Shown piece after piece: positions 12,150 through 25,317 of a stretch of DNA of 64,000 nucleotides. Position 1 is the first letter of the stretch; the number at the start of each line of letters is the position of its first letter. A program made the position numbers and the translations under genes. Under the pieces are notes generated by a model, which saw only the letters and a program-made list of their open reading frames with translations, had not been told where the DNA came from and did no database searches. This DNA comes from Octopus vulgaris (Eukaryota), in assembly GCA_951406725.2 (NCBI GenBank), contig OX597829.1:9858001-9922000 (forward strand), given 5' to 3'.

Positions 12150-13125
12150 TTAAAGATACGTAGAGTTTTCTACAGGGTGTTTACAAGAGGATTATCTGAG
12201 AACAGGATGAAATACATTTCACTGTTACAAAGCGAACAAAAAGTTCTGCCTTTATCATACGGTAAAGATACAGAGAGAATATTCCATTCTAAATCAAGCT
12301 GTTTATTATGTTCCTTTAGATACCAGATCAATTTATTAAGCCCAGTATTGTTTCGTTTATTGATATGTCTAAATGTAGAGTAAAGATTAGATATTCATTT
12401 AGACATATCAATAAACTTAACAATACAAGGCTTAGAAAATTAATCTAGGATCTGAAAGATCATAATAAACAATTTGATTTGGAATAGAATATTCTCTCTA
12501 TGTCTTTACCGTATGATAAAGGCAAATCTTTTTGTTCGCTTTCTAATAGTAAGATGTACATTATCCTGATCTCAGAATATCCCCCTGTAAACACGTTTAT
12601 AGAGTGCGTTTATCGTTGCAAGCATTGGTAGAAACATACTACAGTTTCTATACGTGATTTCTACCAAAAAATTCGACCCATGTCTGTCTTCTAACATTTC
12701 ACTTCCACTTTGGCGTTATATCTACTAACGGTTTAAAAAAAGAAAAACTTAATAGCGTTCTCTTCACCATATACGCAATCATCACATACTGTTAAAATGT
12801 TGTATTCATGTGTTTGGTTTCTTTTTTTCTCTGATGAGAAGATTCCATTGATTTATACCATTTTATTTCTGCTGCAATAATACCAATGTTTTCTTCGAAA
12901 CATATGTCGGAAATAACAAGAATCAAACACACCTGCGTTTAACTCCATTTATTTATCTATATTATACAAACTATTTCTCCTAAACCTTCATTTTCTACCT
13001 TTATAAGTAGGCTGATACCATATTGGTACTTGTGTAAAGTTTTGCTACCATGGTAATTATTTACATATTTTTTCCGTGTTATTTGTCAACACTGAATAAA
13101 ACATATATTCATATGTATATAAATG
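12150..13125 (+). mobile_element. 5'-truncated Penelope-like element: inverted 5' segment, GIY-YIG C-terminus, pseudo-LTR with hammerhead; inserted in (TA)n
   Basis: From ~12395 it reads SFRHINKLNNTRLRKLI*DLKDHNKQFDLE*NIL..PYDKGKSFCSL...CVYRCKH. Inverted copy at 12177-12375. AATAAA near 13095. (TA)n on both sides. Confidence 0.82.
12809..12931 (+). ncRNA. Type I hammerhead ribozyme
   Basis: CUGAUGA at 12831-12837; stem II GAAGA/UCUUC plus CAUUG/CAAUG; GAAA at 12897-12900; stem III AC-AUAU-GU; GUC triplet at 12906-12908; interrupted ~22-nt stem I (tgtgtttggtttctttttttct / ggaaataacaagaatcaaacaca). Confidence 0.8.
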
Positions 13126-13129
13126 TATC

Positions 13130-13235
<106 letters not shown>

Positions 13236-13249
13236 AATGCATATCTGCT

Positions 13250-13510
13250 TACAGGACATCACCAACTGTAAATAACTTATAGTACGAAAACAAGTTAAAT
13301 ACGCAAAGATTGAGAGGAAAAATATTGAAAACAGGAGAAGTAACATAAAGAACGGCACTTCACCAGTTGTCGGCTGTCTATCTACTCCTCATTTTGAGCA
13401 TTCAAGGGCAACTTGAGTCTTCGAAGACAGCTGGTGCTATATCTTCCAAAACATATGTTGATTTTATGAAAGCTCAACATTGTATAAATCAGGACAGTGA
13501 AGACATACAA
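13250..13510 (-). repeat. Short TA-embedded interspersed repeat (second copy at 47340-47665, + strand)
   Basis: Shared 'ttcgaaga..tcaaaatgaggagt..aactg.tgaa...cgttctttatg..gtga.gtcctgta'. Both copies adjoin TA-rich runs. Confidence 0.55.
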
Positions 13511-13658
13511 GAAAACTAAACGAAAGCAAACATGTGTATATGTATATATGTATATATATGTATATGTATATATGTATATGTTAATATATATGTATATATA
13601 TATATATATATGCATATATGTGTGTATATATATGAATATATATATGTATATATGTATA

Positions 13659-13760
<102 letters not shown>

Positions 13761-14536
13761 TCTAAGTATATATGTAAATATATACTTAGTATATACTAAG
13801 AGAAAAAAGGAGAGAAAATATATATATATATTTATACATATATATATACATCTATATACATTTTTATATATATATAAATACCTTTACATATATACGTATG
13901 TACATGTACGTATGTATATGTATGTATGTATATGTATGTATATGTATGTATATATGTATATATATGTATGTATATCGGTCGTATACATGTCTGTCAATGT
14001 ATATCATTAGTTTTAAAATAGCTCGTAAAACGGCATATGTAGTTACATTAAAATGAATTCCAGACTTTATATTATATACTAGTTCGATATAAATTACTAA
14101 AAACCCTCAAAGTGATACGACAGCATGGCCGCATTCTAATGAACAAAATAAGCGAAAGAGTAAAGAGCAAACGGATACGTGTATTCATGCAAAGACAAGG
14201 TGGAAGTGATGATGGCGGACATATGAAGTTCGTATGTCTCTTGAGTAACTTTTGCTCTTCTATCTTTGGCATGATATATATATATATATGTATGTGTGTG
14301 TATGTATGTATGTATGTATGTATGTATGTATGTATGTATGTATGTATGTATGTATGTATGTATGTATGAGTGGAAATTGGTTCCGTAATTGGTAAGTAGC
14401 CTCCTTTTGAATTGTTGACTGACAGACAGTCAGTCAGACATTAACCTTGAACATATGAAGAGAGTTCACTTGAAAAGTTTCAGTAAAGCAATACTTTATG
14501 AAGTTTGATGGTCTCTTTTCCGTCTTCCTCATCACT

Positions 14537-14676
14537 GCCACCACAACCATCACCACCACCACCACCACCACCACCACCACCACCACCACCACCACCACCA
14601 CCACCACCACCACCACCACCACCACCACCACCACCACCACCACCACCACCACCACCACCACCACCACCACCACCCT
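14537..14676. repeat. (ACC)n microsatellite
   Basis: Direct inspection. Confidence 0.95.
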
Positions 14677-15572
14677 CCGCAAAGCAAACATAAATAAATA
14701 AGTAAAGAATTAAAAAGAAATAAAAAGAAAATAGTCCAAGGCAAGATGTCTTCATAGACGCTGTTATCATCATCATTACGATTGCCATTTTCTTCTTTGC
14801 TACTATTCCTACGAGTAACACTATTTCACTGTCACTCTCGTGGTTGTCAGCTGCATCGTCGTCGCTGTCGTGGAATCGTCGTCATCGTCGTCACCATTAT
14901 CATTATTTTCACCACCAATCATCATCATCATCATCATCATAGTTTTAACGTCCGGTTTTTCATGTTGGTATGGGATACCCGGATCTATGTCATAATTGTC
15001 CCTTTTTCTTTTACACTTACATTTGCAATAAATAGATGAATTATGAAATCCTCACACAACACACAGAAGACAGGGAGAGAGGGAAAGAGGGAAAGTAAAA
15101 GAGGGAGAGAGGGCAGAGGCACAGACTGACAGACAGATAAGCAGTTGGAGAAAAAGAAAAGAAGAAAAAGAGAGAGGGAATGAAATAGATTGAAGAAGAA
15201 CAGGGACAGAAGAAAAATATTTGTATTTGGAATATAATTTATAAACCAATGCACTAAAAGTCTTGATATACATTTATAAAAAAAAAAAAAAAATAAACGG
15301 TTGCCTTTTTCCGGGTTATTGTGATCACAAGCATCATGGCTGTGTCATCATACATTGCTTCACTTTAAATCGTAGTATTTTGTAGTTAATTACTTAGGGA
15401 TTTGAAATATTCTATTGAAAGTAATTGTTTGAATGAGTAAACTTTGTACTGAGATGCTGGTACTTAACACATTGGTGAGGTTTCTGGTTAGCAAATGCCA
15501 ACAAGATGTTAATATATGATGCCAAAGCCTCTCAGTATTGCATAATGTAAATGGTGATGTGTGTGTGTGTAT

Positions 15573-15619
<47 letters not shown>

Positions 15620-17005
15620 GCTGTTTTGGGTGGAGCATATATTTATATGAAGGCCAGTCTATTCTGTTTGTTATTTCTATCAGCTATCAGCTATTTATTA
15701 TCCGGTTGCACGAGAAAGGAGGATGCAGCCCGCAGCCGGCTTTTGGTTAAGAATGAATTATCAAAAGATTTAGCGGAAGACTGTTAGAGAATATGATATC
15801 CAAAGAGGCAATATTATGATGAAATTAATTCCCCGTGTGCCGAATCAACTAAATATGTGCTAACACAGCAACGTGGTTGTTCATTTGATATCAGATGTGT
15901 TTGGTAGGAGAGAATTTGATTCTAAAAAAATTCTGAAGAGAAAAAACAAGAAGCAATTATCTTATATCATCTGATATGGCACCATAGAAGTTAAACCTAC
16001 ACGAAATCATATCATTATAATTAGCATTAATCGACTTATCTCCGCCCCTCCAAAATTGCCGATATCAGAAACCATTGGAGATTTAAGATAATAGGTGGAT
16101 GTGTTGAACAAAGTTTTTTTTAAAGAATTTAGGTTAAGCGTTCAAATCCCAGGATTGTCGACTTCAGTTTTCATTTATCTAGTATCGATATAACACGGCT
16201 GTTAATAAACTGGAAGTCGATTTAATAGATGATACCACACATTTATAACATTGTAACTTTACGCCAATGTAAGAATTTATTTGAATTATATCTGAGGATA
16301 GTACCAAGAACAGACCATTAAACATCATTAATGTTTTAATAAGGAGAGATAATGGTATTTTTATGTATTTCTAGGAGAACCATAAATATAGCAGCCTTTT
16401 AATTAGTCAAAGAGTGAAGGGCAGTAGGTATGATCCTTTTTCTCAGCGACTAGTGAAAAGAGAGGAAGTTACATCAGAGGACTTTACTAAAGACTCCTAT
16501 CAGGTGACAATATTAGACTGGAAGACCGGTTAAGACCAAATCTAACAAGAGAAATGGAATGAATAAAAGTGATTCTTTTTGAGTTGCTGTTTTTATTGTT
16601 TGGCAGTTGTGTTTGCTTTGGTAGGGTAATCTTAATATCAGATTACCCCCAGCTTTTTTTTTCTTCTAGATTGCATGCCTAAGATTATATTATATAAAAC
16701 TAAATGAGTCTTAACTTTTTCTGATGACAGAATGTAATTAAAAGCGGGTATTTCTAACAGGTCAAGTAAATAGCAAAATAATATTCTCGCCTAGTGGTTG
16801 CAGAGACGTTATCTTTAAGTTGCGAGGAAAAGAATCCAATTTAAATAAATAATATACTTAATGCCATGTATTGAGTACACAACTGCTGATTTTGAATTTA
16901 AGCGAACCCTCTTTCGCTGATTTTGCTTCTATTATACAGGATTTAAGTTTAGCGAACAAAAGAAAAACTTCAACATCTGTCTATCACTGTTTACCCGCCC
17001 ATTTA

Positions 17006-17090
<85 letters not shown>

Positions 17091-17091
17091 G

Positions 17092-17498
17092 CTCTTTTAC
17101 TCTTTTACTTGTTTCAGTAATTTGACTGCGGCCATGCAGGAACACCACCTTTAGTCGAGCAAATCGACCCCAGAACTTATTCTTTGTAAGCCTAGTACTT
17201 ATCCTATCAGTCTCTTTTGCCGAACCGTTAAGTTACGGGGACGTAAACAGACCAGCATCGGTTGTCAAGCGATGTTGGGGGGACACAGACACACAAACAC
17301 ACAAACCCATATATATATACATATACATATATACGACGGGCTTCTTTTCAGTTTCCGCCTACCAAATCCATTCACAAGGATTTGGTCGGCCCAAGGCTAT
17401 AGTAGAAGGCACCTGCCCAAAGTGCCACGCAGTGGGACTGAACGCTGAACCATGTGGTTGGTAAACAAGCTACTTACCACACAGCCACTCCTGCACCT
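17092..17498 (-). mobile_element. SINE family B, full length
   Basis: tRNA-like head, CORE-like segment, internal TA/TG tract, (gtaaaaga)n tail. Confidence 0.9.
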
Positions 17499-18151
17499 GT
17501 GTATATATATATATATATATATATTTACATATTTACATATACCCACACGCCTTTCTTCTATTTATATATCATTCTATCTGTTCATCTCTTTTATAATTCA
17601 CAGCATCCACTTTCGCAATATGATCCTCGTCCGTCATGTACATGTGGCATTGTCAAATTTGAGTAGATGTTCTTGATCCGAATCGCACGTGCTTTTCATG
17701 ACACTGCATCTGCCGCAAATAATATTTATTAGTATTTTCTAAAGAAGTATCCGTAAGTGTTTTTCCCAATTAGAAACAGAATTTCACACACAAAAATTTA
17801 GTCTTCCAAACCCTTCATTGCCCAGGTTGCCACAAAAAGACAAGAGCACCAAACACTTGTAGATCAACGACAAACTCGTTTGAAGTGAAGTGAAGCGACT
17901 ATTATTAGACTGAACATTAAGAGCATCCACATACAGTACAACAGTCAGGAGCGGACGTTTTGCGTATTGGTATAGGTACCCGTTCATAAGCATGCGCGGA
18001 TGTCATACTATACACGCTTCTATGATGAACTGGAGGAATACTTAGAAAACCCTCAGTAGAAAGTGAACAATTTGTTTAGTTACCTTGGCATCCACACTAT
18101 AATTAAACATATAATATGTGTATGTACGTGTCTGTGCATATAGTCTGTATA

Positions 18152-18213
<62 letters not shown>

Positions 18214-18576
18214 AGCTCCAGGTATGTATATGTGCGTGTGTGTGTGTTTGTAGGTAGTGCATATATTTTTTATCTTTTGCTAGTTTCCGTTAGTAGACTT
18301 GCCGAGGCTCCACTTTCAAGAACTTTCAGTGGAATGAATCGACCCCAATATTTATTCTTTGTTAAACCTGGTACTTATTCTAATTGTCACTTTTGCTGAA
18401 AGGTAGTACGGAACAGAAACACAGAGATACACACACATGTATGCATATATATATATAGTAACATATGTTACTATTGGCATTGGAGTTGTGGAATATCTGC
18501 TTACATTAAATAACCGTTCTTAATTTTATAATGGAACAATAAAATGGGAATACAATTTATTGATTAAGTAACTGAT

Positions 18577-18805
18577 GAAGGCGGCGAGCTGGCAGAATCG
18601 TTAGCACGCCGGGCGAAATGCTTAGCAGTATTTCGTCTGTCGCTACGTTCTGAGTTCAAATTCCGCCGAAGTCGACTTTGCCTTTCATCCTTTCGGGGTC
18701 GATAAATTATGTACCAGTTGAGTACTGGGGTCGATGTAGTCAACTATCCCCTTTTCTCCAAATCTCAGGCCTTGTACCTGTATTAAAAAAGACTATTTTT
18801 ATTAC
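18577..18805 (+). mobile_element. SINE family A, full length
   Basis: A-box TGGCAGAATCGTT, B-box GTTCAAATTCC, 'gcctttcatcctttcggggtcgataaat' central domain. Confidence 0.9.
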
Positions 18806-19862
18806 TTCCAGCTGGAAGGCTAGAACGTCGGTAAAAGCTTGACAAGTATTTTTGTTATCAAAACTACTGTCTTCGTTGATATTATTGTTTAAAAGGGAGC
18901 ATAAGACAATAGTTTTTGTCCCCAGAAAAAAAGAACTAAATAATAGTCGGACCTTATGCCCAAATATTAGTATTTGCGAAATGTTTACACGTTCGCAAGT
19001 GAAAAATGGCGTGAAGGGGCGTAACTTACTAACGCAAAACAAACCAGTGTGTGTGACAGCAAGAAAAGTCACGGAAATTTAATTTTCGTTGACACAAGTA
19101 ACAATTTTGAGGACAAAATTGATAACGAATCCAAAAGCCCCACAGACTCTATGAACAGCGAGAAAATTAACCTCAAAGAACAAAAATGTATTACGACAGA
19201 GAAAAGCGACACAATGGAAGATACACAATCACTCGATAATCGAATAGGCAACAAAAATGTAACTGCCAACTCCTCAAACAGAAATAAAGTGGAAAATTCC
19301 ATGCTAACTGATAACAACACAGAAAATAAAAAAACTATAACGATAGAAAACAATAAGAACGAATAACAACAAAAGCATCGATGAGAACACAACCAATACC
19401 AACGTCAACAGAGTTGGGTGTATTTAAAAGTAACAAAAATTGTAACAAAGTGAACGATTCCACCACCATCAACTATGAGAGCAGAACAAGCGATTTTGCA
19501 GCAGCAGCTGCGAAATGCCAACAAAAGTACTATGACATCTTCAACAAAAAAGAGATGTTAGCCCTGGCCCACAAACTCATAAAAACAGAAAAAATTCTAA
19601 GCAATTCCCAGCCAAAGTGGAGGTAGAAATTGAAAAGAGGACAGTAAAGTATAGATGCGTCTCAGTACAGTCTCGGAGAGCAGAATAATCCTCCCACCCT
19701 CAGATGGAGATGGCATTGAGATCAATCAGAGCGGATGTCGAATTCATTTAAAGTGCCCGAAGTTTTGGTACCATCTCGGTCCTTTTTAAAACAAAAGAGC
19801 TGGCCATGAAGCATTCGGCGGGACTCTGTAAAACCGACCAGCTTATGATGTACCCGTCCTAA

Positions 19863-20627
19863 ATGGGGAGAAGAACAATAAAACTTCGAGTTCCCGGAAT
19901 AACACCAGGTATCAACACATGGTGGCTCGTAGGATGCGTGATCGCAGAGTGCAGCGACACACTTCCCCTAAAAGTTCACCGGACGCAAAGAGGAGACTGG
20001 GCTGGGATGGATTTGAAAATGCGAATCCAAATAAAACCACAAGACTTGGAGAATATCTCAGACCATGTCCGACTCAAGGACGGTACGAAATTATCTTTGA
20101 TCACCGAGGGCAGAAGGCCTCATTGCTTCGCATGCGGTGAAGTAACACATCTACTAGCCTGCTGCCCTCATCGAAAAGGTACTGTGGTCCGTGGACCTCT
20201 GTTGATACCAACAGCATGGCAGGGAAAACAAAAAACCATACTAGCTGTAGAAAGATCACCACCAACAACAGGTAAAGCAATAAAAATAGCTGCGGTGGCA
20301 GTGGCAGGCGTAACGACAGCACCAGCCAGAAAACCCTCGGAAAGGTCAACCACGAAAACCAATACCGCGCAACCAAATTCAACGACACCAGCTCTCACAA
20401 ACAAACTCGCAGAAAAATGTACACATAAAAACAAGAATTCACATGCACACAGAGAGGAGGAGGAGATTACAACATACACACAGAGAGGAGGAGGATATTG
20501 CAACATGCACACAGAGAGGAGGAGGAGATTGCAACATGCACACAGAGAGGAGGAGGTTGCAACATACAACACTGGTTCCTTCTCATTCAAAAGTGATGAT
20601 GAAGGGGAACAGAGTAAATTAAAATAA
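19863..20627 (+). pseudogene. Tx1 ORF1 fragment (gag-like CCHC knuckle)
   Basis: EGRRPHCFACGEVTHLLACC; homologous to EGRKL*CFKCGQTGHL in copy 2. Confidence 0.8.
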
Positions 20628-21200
20628 AAAACGAAAAGAAGTCATAGAGGCGAGACGTCTTGTCCTGCGCCAAAACAAGATAACAAAGAATCTTCACCCA
20701 CCCCCCGCAACAAACGCAGACACTCAGACAACTCCTGCCGCACCACAATCATCAGCTAAAGCACCACAAGCACCATCCCCCACTGCAGACAGAAAAATAT
20801 CCGAAAAGGAAATACACATTACAAATGCAACAAGACCAACAAAGAACAACGAAGCAGGCAGCTAACGTTGTGTTAGTAAGGAGGGTCAACAAAAAACTGA
20901 TGGCGCTCTTATCACGAAAGGAAGACATTGAAAAAGGTGGGGGGAAATCTTCTTGGACCAGCACGTAGAACGTACCAAAGGACTTAATGATGGTAATGGT
21001 GGACTTGGACACTTTTCAAACAATTAGGGATGGCTTTCCAGACGATGTAAGGAACCGTCAAATTAAATGCCAATGCAAGGCTTCTACAGGAGTTCCCAAA
21101 GGAGCCCAACGAAGAAATGGAGGTGAGACCACCCGCTCTCCAATGGCCCCAGGAGAATAAGTAACATTCCTCATCACTCTTTCGTTTCTTTTAGACCAGT

Positions 21201-24200
21201 ATGGCGGTGGTAAGAGTAGGTTGCATAACTGTACGTGGCCTGGGGGTCATCCTGGAAGCAAAGTCGCTCAGGTGGCTGAATTTGGATATAATAGCCATCA
21301 GTGAAACCAGGATCGTGAACGCACACACTCAGGCACCCATTTTTGACGATTTTGAGATTTTTAAATCTCTTAGTTGACCAGGAATGGGGGCGGGTTCAGA
21401 AAAGGCCTGGATCTCGAGATACAGTTATTCTTCCTGAACTTGGAAGGGAAGTCGGTGGTTCTAGACGTGAACGATAATAAAGGCAGTGTTTTTAGATTGG
21501 CCACTGTGTATGCACCGACTGGATCGGGGCAGCCGGATTTCTTCAGATGTCTGGAGGTCCTTCTAGGGACGTCTCGCTTTTTTAGGGTGTGTGGGCGACT
21601 AGAATGCAATCTCGGATGCACGTGTGAATTAAGTGGGACTAGCAGATAGGAAGGAGGGGTGCGCAAGCTTCACAAACCTGCTCAGTAGTTTTCAACTGGC
21701 AGACAGGTTAAGACTGGATTAGCCGAATGCCCCAGTGTGAACTTGGGCAAACAGCGTTGGGTCATCCAGATCTTATCTAGATATTTTTTAGGTCACCAGA
21801 AAGAGATAGCATAGGTTGTTCAAAGATTGAGCTCGTCACCTATACAGACCTCAAATTTGTGATCTGTACGGTTGACCCAGATAGACTTTATATGCAGGGT
21901 CTCAGATACTGGAAGCTGAACGCGTCCTTCCCGACGCATCAAGCTTTCAGAGACTGACTTAGCAAATTAGTTCATCGAAAGTTGACAGGTGCAGTCGTCA
22001 ACAACCGATGGTAGATAGCCCTAAAACGGGAGATTAGAGTAGAACTTGTAAAATTTAGCAGAGAACTAGAGATAGAGAATACTAGAGTACAGGAGGGAGG
22101 CCTAGTTAGGAAATTAGAAAAGGCACTCAATAGAGGCGTAGCAACCGACGTGCTGGCATCAAGATTGGTTCTGAACCAGTTCTTTAATACCAAGCATGGA
22201 GGTCGAATTGTCAGAGTTAGGGGGCGTGTTCTAAAGTAGGAAGGAACGAAAGCCGTTCGATGGGTCCGGGTGGCCGAGGCACAACGTGGTAATAAAACTA
22301 CAATTCGGTCTTTGAGGTGTCAGGACGGACGCATGATACACGAGTCCAAGCAGTTCTATGGAATTTCAGCGGCACTTTGCTGAACTGTACGGGGGGCGTG
22401 GTGGCCTGGAGGCGGAGGTGAACTTCACTTCCCACCTCGATGGTCTGCCGCGGCTTTCGGCCAGTGTATGGAGTTCTGAGAAATGCCGATAACAGCTGAA
22501 GATATACGTGATGCGTTGGCTAGTTGCACGAAGGAGAGTTGTCCGGTATTGGATGGTCTGCCCTTCGAGCTTTATATACATATGCCAGGCTTGTTGAGTG
22601 AGCTTTTGATAGACGTCTACCACAACTGGCAGCAGAATAGAAGAATACTCGGATCTGTGAGCCGAGATTTTGTGACGCTACTGAGAATGGATCCGAACAA
22701 GGGGGACATTGTTGATAACTTTATACCAGTAACTCTGCTAAATACAGCTTGCAAAACTTTGGCCAAGGTGTTAGCAAAGAGGTTGGCACTTGTCGTGGAC
22801 AGACTGATGGGTGGTGCGCAGACTTGCGCTATCACTAACAGATCTATCCACTACAACATCCACCTTACGTGATACATCATAGAGAGGGTTGGTAAAGAAC
22901 CTGGCATGAATGGGGCCCTGATCAATTTGGATTAATTGAAATATTTCGACAGGTCGACCATCAGTACTTAGAAGCTGTCCTTAAGGTGGTGGCTGGTTTC
23001 GGTCCCGTTTTCAGAGGCTGGATCTCTGCAATGTACAGCAACATTTGTTTGGCCACCTCTCGAAATCGTTTTGTATTTCATTTTCGGTCTGTCAAGGATG
23101 CCCACTCTCAATCTTTCTCTACGTACTGGCACTCGAGTCATTACTGCGAAAGCTGGATGTTTCAAGGGGCACTCCATATGAACTAGGACGTGGAATGTTC
23201 GTATCGGCATATGCAGACGATATCCCCGTGATAGTGTCGGACGTCTCGGAAATCGAGATGATCGGCGCTACCCTAAGGGAATACGAGTCGGTGACAGGAG
23301 GAATGATTGACCAGGAGAAGCCAGTGGGTCTGCAGCTCAGCATGTCCTTGCCGACTGACCAAGAGGCAGGTCCTTTCCAACTGACAGCGTTAAGGGGCGC
23401 TGGACGGAAGGATCGGTTAAGTTGCTCGGGGTCTGGTTCGATCCAGACCTCCAAGAGGACAAGAACTAGGGTGAGGTGACAGACAGGGTGGTCAATCTCA
23501 CCCAGAAATAGGGCGAGCGGTAGCTGTCCCTGAAATGTTGGGCAGAGATGGCAAATGGGTACATCGCATCCATCATATGCTACTTCCTAACTGTCGTCCC
23601 TTGCCCCGCTTTGTGGATGAATGGGCTGGTGAATTTGCTCTTTTGCTTCCTGTGGAAGTGACAGGAACTGCTTGTCAGACAGTCCATTTGCTGTTGCGTG
23701 GAGGACTGGGCAGGTCATGGCTGATGATGCGCAGAGGCTGCTACATCTCCAGTAATACCTTAACGATGAGCGGGCGTGGTCGCCGTTTGTTGAACGTACT
23801 TTTCTGCAGCTCGTCTCTTTGACAGGGCGACAGTCCTTGATCAGGCGTAGACCGAGGCAGGGCACTTGGCACCTAGAGTGTCTCCAAGCGCTCACAACCC
23901 TCGGTCAGTCAGCCAATGCGGTCGGTGGAAGTTCCAACATGGAGTTCTATAGAGAATTAGGGGAGATTCTGGGCGTCAGGATGGATCAACTGGCTGGTCT
24001 CTTCCGAGGGACTTTCTGGGCGGGGTCTATGGATAGCTTCCAGAAATCCTTGGCCTGGCAGTAGTACCGGGGGTCTCTGCCGGTTCGCGTGTCAGACGGG
24101 CTTATCCGAGATGCACACGGAGCAATGAGTTCTGCATCATCTCGTACAGTGTCCACGCATTGCTGACTTGTGGAGCTTTGTTGAACTCCAGGGTGGAACT

Positions 24201-24500
24201 TCCGCCAACCGCATAGGCTATCGTCCGTGTCCATCGTGAAGATCTCCCCGCCTCCTTCCTTTGGCCAGGAAGGACAGGAAGTTTTTCTCTGCCAGATGGC
24301 TATAGCGAAAGAGGTTGTGTGGTGGACGCAATTGAAAGGGTTAAACACGATGACCTTCCTCTTTGGCCAAGGCCTCATTGAATTTATCAGGTCCCATTTG
24401 AAATGGTGAGGATGGAGAAGGAGGTGCTGTCACCCAGTAAGTTTGTTGAAAGGTGGGTGAATGTAGGAAAGGATGGCTCGTGTGAATGGGCCTACTCTAA
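21201..24500 (+). pseudogene. Tx1 ORF2 (APE-RT-zf), disrupted
   Basis: Motifs spread over the ORF-track fragments starting at 21374, 22483, 23045, 23819 and 24227. Confidence 0.9.
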
Positions 24501-24676
24501 GCGCCTGTAGGCCGGATGAAATGAAGAGAGGAGTGCCTTCCTTTGGTGTTAGGAGATCCAAAGTGTGTGAGGTTTCTTTGGTTGATAAAATAAATACCAT
24601 TTGAACTCTGGGATCGTTGTAGTCGACTCATCCCCACCCCAAAATTGAGGCAAAATTTGAAACCATTATTATTATT

Positions 24677-24901
24677 GAGTGAGTGAGCAGAGCATGCCAT
24701 CAAAGTGACTCCGGAGTACAAATATAAAACCCCAATATACTCATATTGACAAACCGTCTGATAAGGGTACACCAGGCACATGCTTCACAACCATATGTGC
24801 GCGACATGATTATCTCATATCAAGATTAACAGCACATGACCTTGCAGGTGGGGCCCAGGTAGAATTTTCTTCAGGCCGAGTAGCCCATATCGCTCAAAAG
24901 G
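24677..24901 (-). mobile_element. Unclassified retroposon 3'-end-like segment embedded in (AAT)n
   Basis: Discrete GC-richer block with ATT repeats on both sides; no ORF. Confidence 0.4.
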
Positions 24902-25099
24902 TTATTATCATTATTATTATTATTATATAATAAATGTATTATGTTTACCTTAATTCTGAAGGTGATGATTTTATCTTCTGGAAGTAAACTCTGAAAATAA
25001 TTTTATTAAATCTATCCTACAGTTATCTACAGCGTAGAAGTTCATATCGCTGGATGTAACTAGCTCATCGACTCAACCAATACCTGTCAATGTTTAGAT

Positions 25100-25212
25100 C
25101 AGTGGTTCTCAACCTGGATCCATATGGCCCCTGAATGTCCATATAAGATTCTTGCGGGTCCACGCGACAAGAAAGCAAATTTGGGGGTTCACAATAGTAT
25201 TTTAAGGGTCCC

Positions 25213-25217
<5 letters not shown>
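25100..25217. mobile_element. hAT MITE, left part
   Basis: Starts CAGTGGTTCTCAACC; gggtcc subterminal repeats; broken by (TA)n. Confidence 0.65.
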
Positions 25218-25247
<30 letters not shown>

Positions 25248-25317
25248 ACGGGTAAACAATAATCCTGCTAGCCATAGTTCTGGTGGCGTTGGGAATATTT
25301 CTTAATATTTGTAGACA

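Larger units (their letters stand above)
18806..24560 (+). mobile_element. Near-full-length degraded Tx1/L1-clade LINE, copy 1
   Basis: ORF1 with CFACGEVTHLLAC knuckle. ORF2 from ~21201 (MAVVRVGCITVRGL) with APE (RLATVYAPTG, YWKLN), RT (LDGLPFELY, VTLLNT, QGCPLS, AYADD) and zf-RVT. Many stops and frameshifts. Confidence 0.93.

Noticed and set aside
12177-12594. Viroid-like rod or MITE interpretation of the long hairpin
   Set aside because: Both arms translate to a Penelope-type endonuclease C-terminus; no TSD or fixed TIR is seen.
14434-14821. Poly-G/P/T/V/W ORFs
   Set aside because: Reading frames of an (ACC)n array.
15300-16860. Relatively unique stretch as a possible host exon
   Set aside because: No convincing ORF or splice-bounded frame; contains decayed SINE pieces.
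17560-18110. Possible Tx1 3' relic on the minus strand
   Set aside because: Motif similarity too weak to call by eye.
18577-18670. tRNA gene
   Set aside because: A/B boxes are present but continue into a SINE body found in many copies; no cloverleaf.
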